A DNA stretch of 40,424 bases. It comes from Catajapyx aquilonaris (taxonomy: Eukaryota). The position numbers and the translations under genes were made by a program. Positions 35,076 to 40,424 of this stretch are shown here, in pieces. Every line of letters begins with the position of its first letter. The first letter of the stretch is position 1. The notes under the pieces were generated by a model. The model worked only from the letters and a program-made list of their open reading frames with translations. It did no database searches and was not told where the DNA came from. The stretch lies in contig JYFJ02003535.1 of NCBI GenBank assembly GCA_000934665.2, forward strand, positions 1 to 40,424, given 5' to 3'.

Positions 35076-35134
35076 CATGAGCATGCTGTGTTCAGCACCC
35101 TGCCTCACGACAAAACCTGGCCATACACGCCAGG

Positions 35135-35213
35135 GTGGTGTGATTTCAAAATTTCATGTTTCGATCCCATGAAAGTCATGGGATCGAAACATGAAATTTT
35201 GAAATCACACCAC
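35135..35213. repeat. Perfect 38-bp inverted repeat with 3-nt loop
   Basis: gtggtgtgatttcaaaatttcatgtttcgatcccatga-aag-tcatgggatcgaaacatgaaattttgaaatcacaccac. Confidence 0.97.
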
Positions 35214-36045
35214 TTGAGTCTTGCATAACAATGATTGCACAATCATGTGAACTGTTTCACCTGATTTACATTCTTGCATCTGTTGCTTTCAGATTTCTTT
35301 CGCCCAGAGGAAGAGCTGCAGTGATTTCCAGGGAAGTTGTTACCAGAGGATGATGCTGTAGGTCAGTATCATTGAGATCAAGGTCTCAATGCAGTTGCGT
35401 GGATTTGAGTGTTGGCTCCTGTGAGAATTACCTGACTGCAATAAAATGACTATTCTGAATGTATCTGCTTTCTATTGGGAAACTGATGAGGGGAAACCTT
35501 TTGTGCTGCACTCGAAGTCTGCAGGTGACAATTGCTCATTGTCTTTACAGCATTTCCACTTAATCAGCTTTGGCATTTCTCTTGACGAAAATGGTTGAGA
35601 TCATGTCAATTAAGCTTTTTTTAAAGGTGTTTGTGGCTGGGAAATATCAATGTCAGGGTGCTAAAATTTGCTTAATTTCTGTGCACAGGAAGCAATAAGT
35701 TCAATTTCCATGTAATTGCATATATGGACCCTTTTATATTGTTGCATGCTTTCGAATTATTTAATTTTTCTCTTTCCAGTGCTGGTAATTTGCAGCCTGC
35801 TGCCAATCGGGAAGCCAGCAGTCCTGCCTGAAATGATTATCACCGTCATCATTCTTGTATCCCTATTTTTGCCCCTTTGTTTTCAGTCATTTTCCAATCC
35901 TATTCCCTCAAAGGCCGGGGCCAACCGGGCGTAATTTCGGGCGGCCCCGGCCGGCTGCCTTCCACTGGCGTGGAGCCTATCTTGTTGACTCCTCCCCTTT
36001 TCCTGTAATTTCAGGCCAGTGAGTCTGATTGGTTGACTCAGTCCC

Positions 36046-36244
36046 TTGCCCCTCCCCCTCTGCCTGCTGATGGGTGAGGCTTCGATGGATGGGGGTGCAC
36101 ATGGGACGATGTAAGATACGTTGCCCTCCTTCCCCTATCCCCCCAGGGCTTGCCCTGGGGGGATAGGGGAAGGGGAGGCAACGTATCACATTGCCCATGG
36201 GCCCCCATCCATCAAAGCCTCTCCCCTGGAGGGAGGAGAGGCAA
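36046..36244. repeat. GC-rich palindrome of about 200 bp (MITE-like)
   Basis: Symmetric about 36150-36151: ccttcccctatccccccagggc-tt-gccctggggggataggggaagg, with imperfect outer arms. Confidence 0.9.
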
Positions 36245-37924
36245 CGACACTATTTATTACAGCCAATATACACTGTACAAAAAAGCAATAAAGATGCACA
36301 CTAATATTACTGTTCTGACTGCTGCTCTTTTCCAGGATCTTCATGTGTTCCTCCTTGCATACTTTCCAGGATGAAGACAGTCTAGAAAGAAAAGGAAACT
36401 AGAGAAATTTGGACATGATGCAAGTGGGAAATTTTAAAGCGTGCTTTTTCACCTGAATGTGACCTTGAAAGACTTAGAATTTTCAACTAATAAAGGACTT
36501 GCAGATGACTGCCAGAAAGAACTATTTAACATACTTGGAATTAAATATCATTGGCACCAGCTGTGGTGTACAGGCCTACACAACAATAAAAATTTTAATA
36601 CCAATGACATCACCTTTATCATAAAAAGGAATGGTATAAATCTGCTGAGTCAAAAGCGTTGAGAAGTATTGGCCAATTAGTCACAAGGCTAAATGACTTA
36701 AGTTTTGAAATTTAATTGCAGCCTGATATGACACATTTATTAATGAAAATTACCATTTTGATATCTAATTAGTTTCAAACAATAATCTTCCTCCAATTTG
36801 CAACAGTTCTCTGCCTTTTTCATGTCTCAAAATGCAATATTCAACCCATTTTACCATCTGGAAATCTGACGTGCGAGTAGGTTTTGCGCTCACAAAAATT
36901 AAATTAATGCCTTCCCATATTTTATTAAACTATGGATGTTAGGCATGCTACAACAAATTTCCTCAGCATCCTCCCATCAAGTATAAGCCTCAATAATGAG
37001 AAACCCATTTTAGTCCTGAAAATTACTGCCAAACAACTTGGGATAGCAGCAGCACAAAGGTATATGATGCTCACCATGGGTGTTGAGTTGCGAAAACTTA
37101 GTCGAAGAACAACCAAGATGAGTTTGACGCATCGGATTGGGATGAAAATCAGCTGTCCGTCGAACCAAGTGGGATTTTCACATTGTGTCTCCAAACACTG
37201 GTCCAAAGCATCCTCCGCGAAGTAGTGGATGTTGCATCACTCCCCAAGGCCGATATGAGCTGGCCAAAAACTCACATCCTGTGAAAGAATAAGACAAAAT
37301 TATGAACAACTGCAAATCCTAATTATGACGACCTTGCAGAACAATCAGTCATATTGGAATGATTTCGTCATATTATATGATGTAGAATTGAAGACTGAAT
37401 GATTCCATTTCAAACATTACAGCGGTAGCAGAAACTTGATCAATAGCCTATTACAGGCCAAAATTAGGATCATGTGTTAGCACAGACTGGGCAATAATAT
37501 TGTGCAATGCAGCTGATTTCACTTGTAGATACATGACGTCAACAAAGGGTGGCTAGGTCAAATGACTCCCACTCGCTCCCCCAGGTGCTCAACAGACAAG
37601 ACGACGACTCAGATAAATGTGAATCACAAGGATAGAGAATATGCATTTCGGACAAATACAGTATAATTATGACCACCTACTGCGCGCACACCTACCAAAG
37701 ATGGCCACAACAAGCACCTGATGTTGTATGGTGTTAATACTTAATCTTTCTTTAAACTCCTCATAATAATGGTTAGCTGCAGCCTTCAAAATGAATGGGC
37801 AATTAACATTTCCTTCTAATAGCTACTGTTCTCACTGACCAAGTACTATAGCTTCCAATATTCACTGGCTTCCATATTCACTGCCTAATGTATGGACATC
37901 AGCTTCATCACTTCAACACATGAG

Positions 37925-38822
37925 GTGTACAATTGTAATAATGCTTACCATGTCCATGTCTGGTGTGCCAGGATAGCAGATGGCGAATGAAGGGTTGAGG
38001 CCTCAGATGATGACAGCACCTGCTTGATACCATAAGTTGATTTGGATGCGGCCAAAGTGGTTGTTGGTTTCCCAGAATCAGGCAGGTGATGTCATGAACC
38101 AATCAGATGCATCATCATTCTGCAAGGTGTAATGAGTACAGGTCAAATGCTCATTGCCTCTTTGTGGCAATTATACATGCTTCGCCATGCAGGGACTTTT
38201 GCACAGTAATAGTTGTTAAGAATAATTAGCTAGGCTACTAATTATAGGTTGCATTGCCACACAATCAAGTGCTTTGTCTTAGAACTTTTTAATGCCATTA
38301 GCAGACTACAAATTCCACCAAGATATGTTTGATGCCTACAAATAACCCAGAACCTTCACATAAATGAGACTGGGTGAACTTAGAACTGCTAGATCAACAT
38401 ATTTGTCACCAATAATAATAATTGTGGGCAGTCTTGATGAACTAGTGTACTTGAAATCCTGCAATTAAGTTATCATCACTTGATACAATCAAGGTCACAG
38501 CTATTGCCAAACACACAATTTCAAACCAATCAGTTCATATGTGTCAAAGAACCTTGCATTTGACTTAAATGGCGAATTCACTCTGGAGAACTGAAAACAA
38601 TGGACGCAAGACAAATAGGAAGTTAATGGCCAATGAAAACCAATGGATCCAGTTATGACTTGTATTGCATTAATAATTTGCCAATTAGGTCCAATGGGCT
38701 TAAAGTGCTCAATCAAGAACTGAAAAGACATTGAATGTGTGTCAGTCAAATATTTTCAAAATAGTTACTTTTATTGTCTTCAACATTGCACATTAAGTTG
38801 CCACTATTCACATAATCTGTGA
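37925..38822. repeat. Diverged direct duplication, unit A
   Basis: taatgcttaccatgtccatgtctggt ... aagttgatttggatg ... cattgcctctttgtgg ... atagttacttttattg ... cacattaagttgccactattcacat all recur in order at 39568-40319. Confidence 0.9.
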
Positions 38823-39567
38823 ATAATAATTCAAATTTCTGCTTTGGTATGATTTGGCACACATTAAGTGGGATCATTCAAGATCAGTTTTATGAGCACT
38901 TATGTAGCATGGCGCATTGCAGTATAGAAATGTGACAGCTTGCAAAGAATCTTACAAGCTGTCGTAATATTTTGATGCCAGAATGCCATTACATATGCGC
39001 CCAATAAACTGATAGTTGCTCATCTCTTAGCATCAATTTTTTCATGGAATCTCCCGCCTGTATTCAGCCTTAGAATAGTACTGACATCACACTAGACAAG
39101 TACGACTGGCTAACTTCATCAGAAGTGTAACTAACAATTAAAGTCTCATGACTCAAAGAACAAACTTGGAAAATAAACTTGACAATTTTTGTTGCATAAT
39201 GATTTGAGGGGTGTGGTGGAAAAAGGTGATAACCCCCCATTTTTGTCATTTTAAACCTAAACACATGTCTACCAACTATGTAAAAGACATGGCAAATAGT
39301 TTGGTATACTCCAAGTCCACCTATCATGCATGGCAACACGGACTAGACCTAAACCCTCATTCCGTATGATTTGTGAAGAGAGAAAAATTACACTTTTGTG
39401 GGTTATCACATTTTTCCACCACACCCCTAATTTCCGGAAAGTAACATCTGTTTGGCACAGACTGTCGCAATATCTAGAATGTAATTGACTTCCCAGCCAT
39501 AATCTCAACAGAAAAAATTAGCATCGAGAAACATTTATCCATGATTGTACTGACCAATATTTCTACA

Positions 39568-40319
39568 AGGTACAAGTGTAATGCTTACCATGTCCATGTC
39601 TGGTCTGGCAGGATAGTACTGTAGATGGCAAATGAGGGTTTCAGGCATCTGATGATGACAGCCCCTCACATCTCTTGATTCCAGAAGTTGATTTGGATGA
39701 GGCCAAAGTCATTGTTGGCTTGGCAGAATCAGACAGGTGATGTCCAGAGACCAATCAATCAGATGCATCATCTGCAAAGTGTAATGAATGAGCACAGGTC
39801 ACTGAGAGTAATACTTCAACTCTCATTGAGGGCGATCATTGCCTCTTTGTGGTACTTGTATGCTTTTATTGCCATGCAGTGACTTTTGCACATTTACATT
39901 TAGTGGTTATCAAAAGGAATAAGCTACTAATACTAGGTTGCATGTATCCATCCTTAATAAAGACTGCAAAAATGAATTCAATCATTCAAGGTCGATCCCA
40001 ATTTTTGCATTCAGTCATTTTGCAATAGAAAATTCATTGCTTTGAAATTTATAGCTGAGACATGTGATTCCATTCGGCCTAATATTAGCAGCTAGTACTT
40101 TTGATAACCATTACGAGTAACTTTGCAAGAGTAACTGCCTAATAATAAGCAGCTTAGTGCAATAGAGCTACAACAGCAATATTGGACAAATATGTCTGAA
40201 AAATTGAAACTCAGTTTTTGAATATGTCTTTGAATGTGCCAGCCAAATATCTTCATTTAAATAGTTACTTTTATTGCCTTCAACACTGCACATTAAGTTG
40301 CCACTATTCACATCTGTGA
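39568..40319. repeat. Diverged direct duplication, unit B
   Basis: Collinear with 37925-38822, with indels; the middle part is poorly alignable. Confidence 0.9.
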
Positions 40320-40424
40320 TTCAAATTCGTAGAACTACATAGCCCCAACAAGGCTCCGCCCACGCTCCGCCCCTCGAAGACTACCGTTACCAGATCATAC
40401 ATAGTGCGACAAATGAGTATTTAA

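Overview
Eukaryotic (animal, probably arthropod; inferred from DRE-type promoter motifs, tRNA-derived SINEs and Tc1/mariner MITEs) genomic DNA with GT-AG introns, so most ORF-track entries are exon fragments or noise. Gene content from manual splicing: the last three coding exons of a DPY19L C-mannosyltransferase gene (+, ends 1916); three intact 9-exon DDX19/Dbp5 mRNA-export DEAD-box helicase paralogues in tandem (+; 4354-12145, 18140-21900, 25270-27827); and a 6-exon HSPBAP1-type JmjC gene (-, 22996-24745) between copies 2 and 3, head-to-head with copy 3. Copy 3 looks ancestral. Copies 1 and 2 share a derived first exon ending in WGLLE, and a further promoter + WGLLE exon with no gene body of its own lies at about 13.7-14.05 kb (alternative promoter of copy 2, or relic of a lost copy). 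Introns and the gene-poor 28-40 kb region hold many MITEs and near-perfect hairpins, two SINE copies, a 1.26-kb foldback element, a Tc1 transposase relic and a duplicated non-coding block with conserved minus-strand splice signals. Family calls are from motif recognition; no database search was run.
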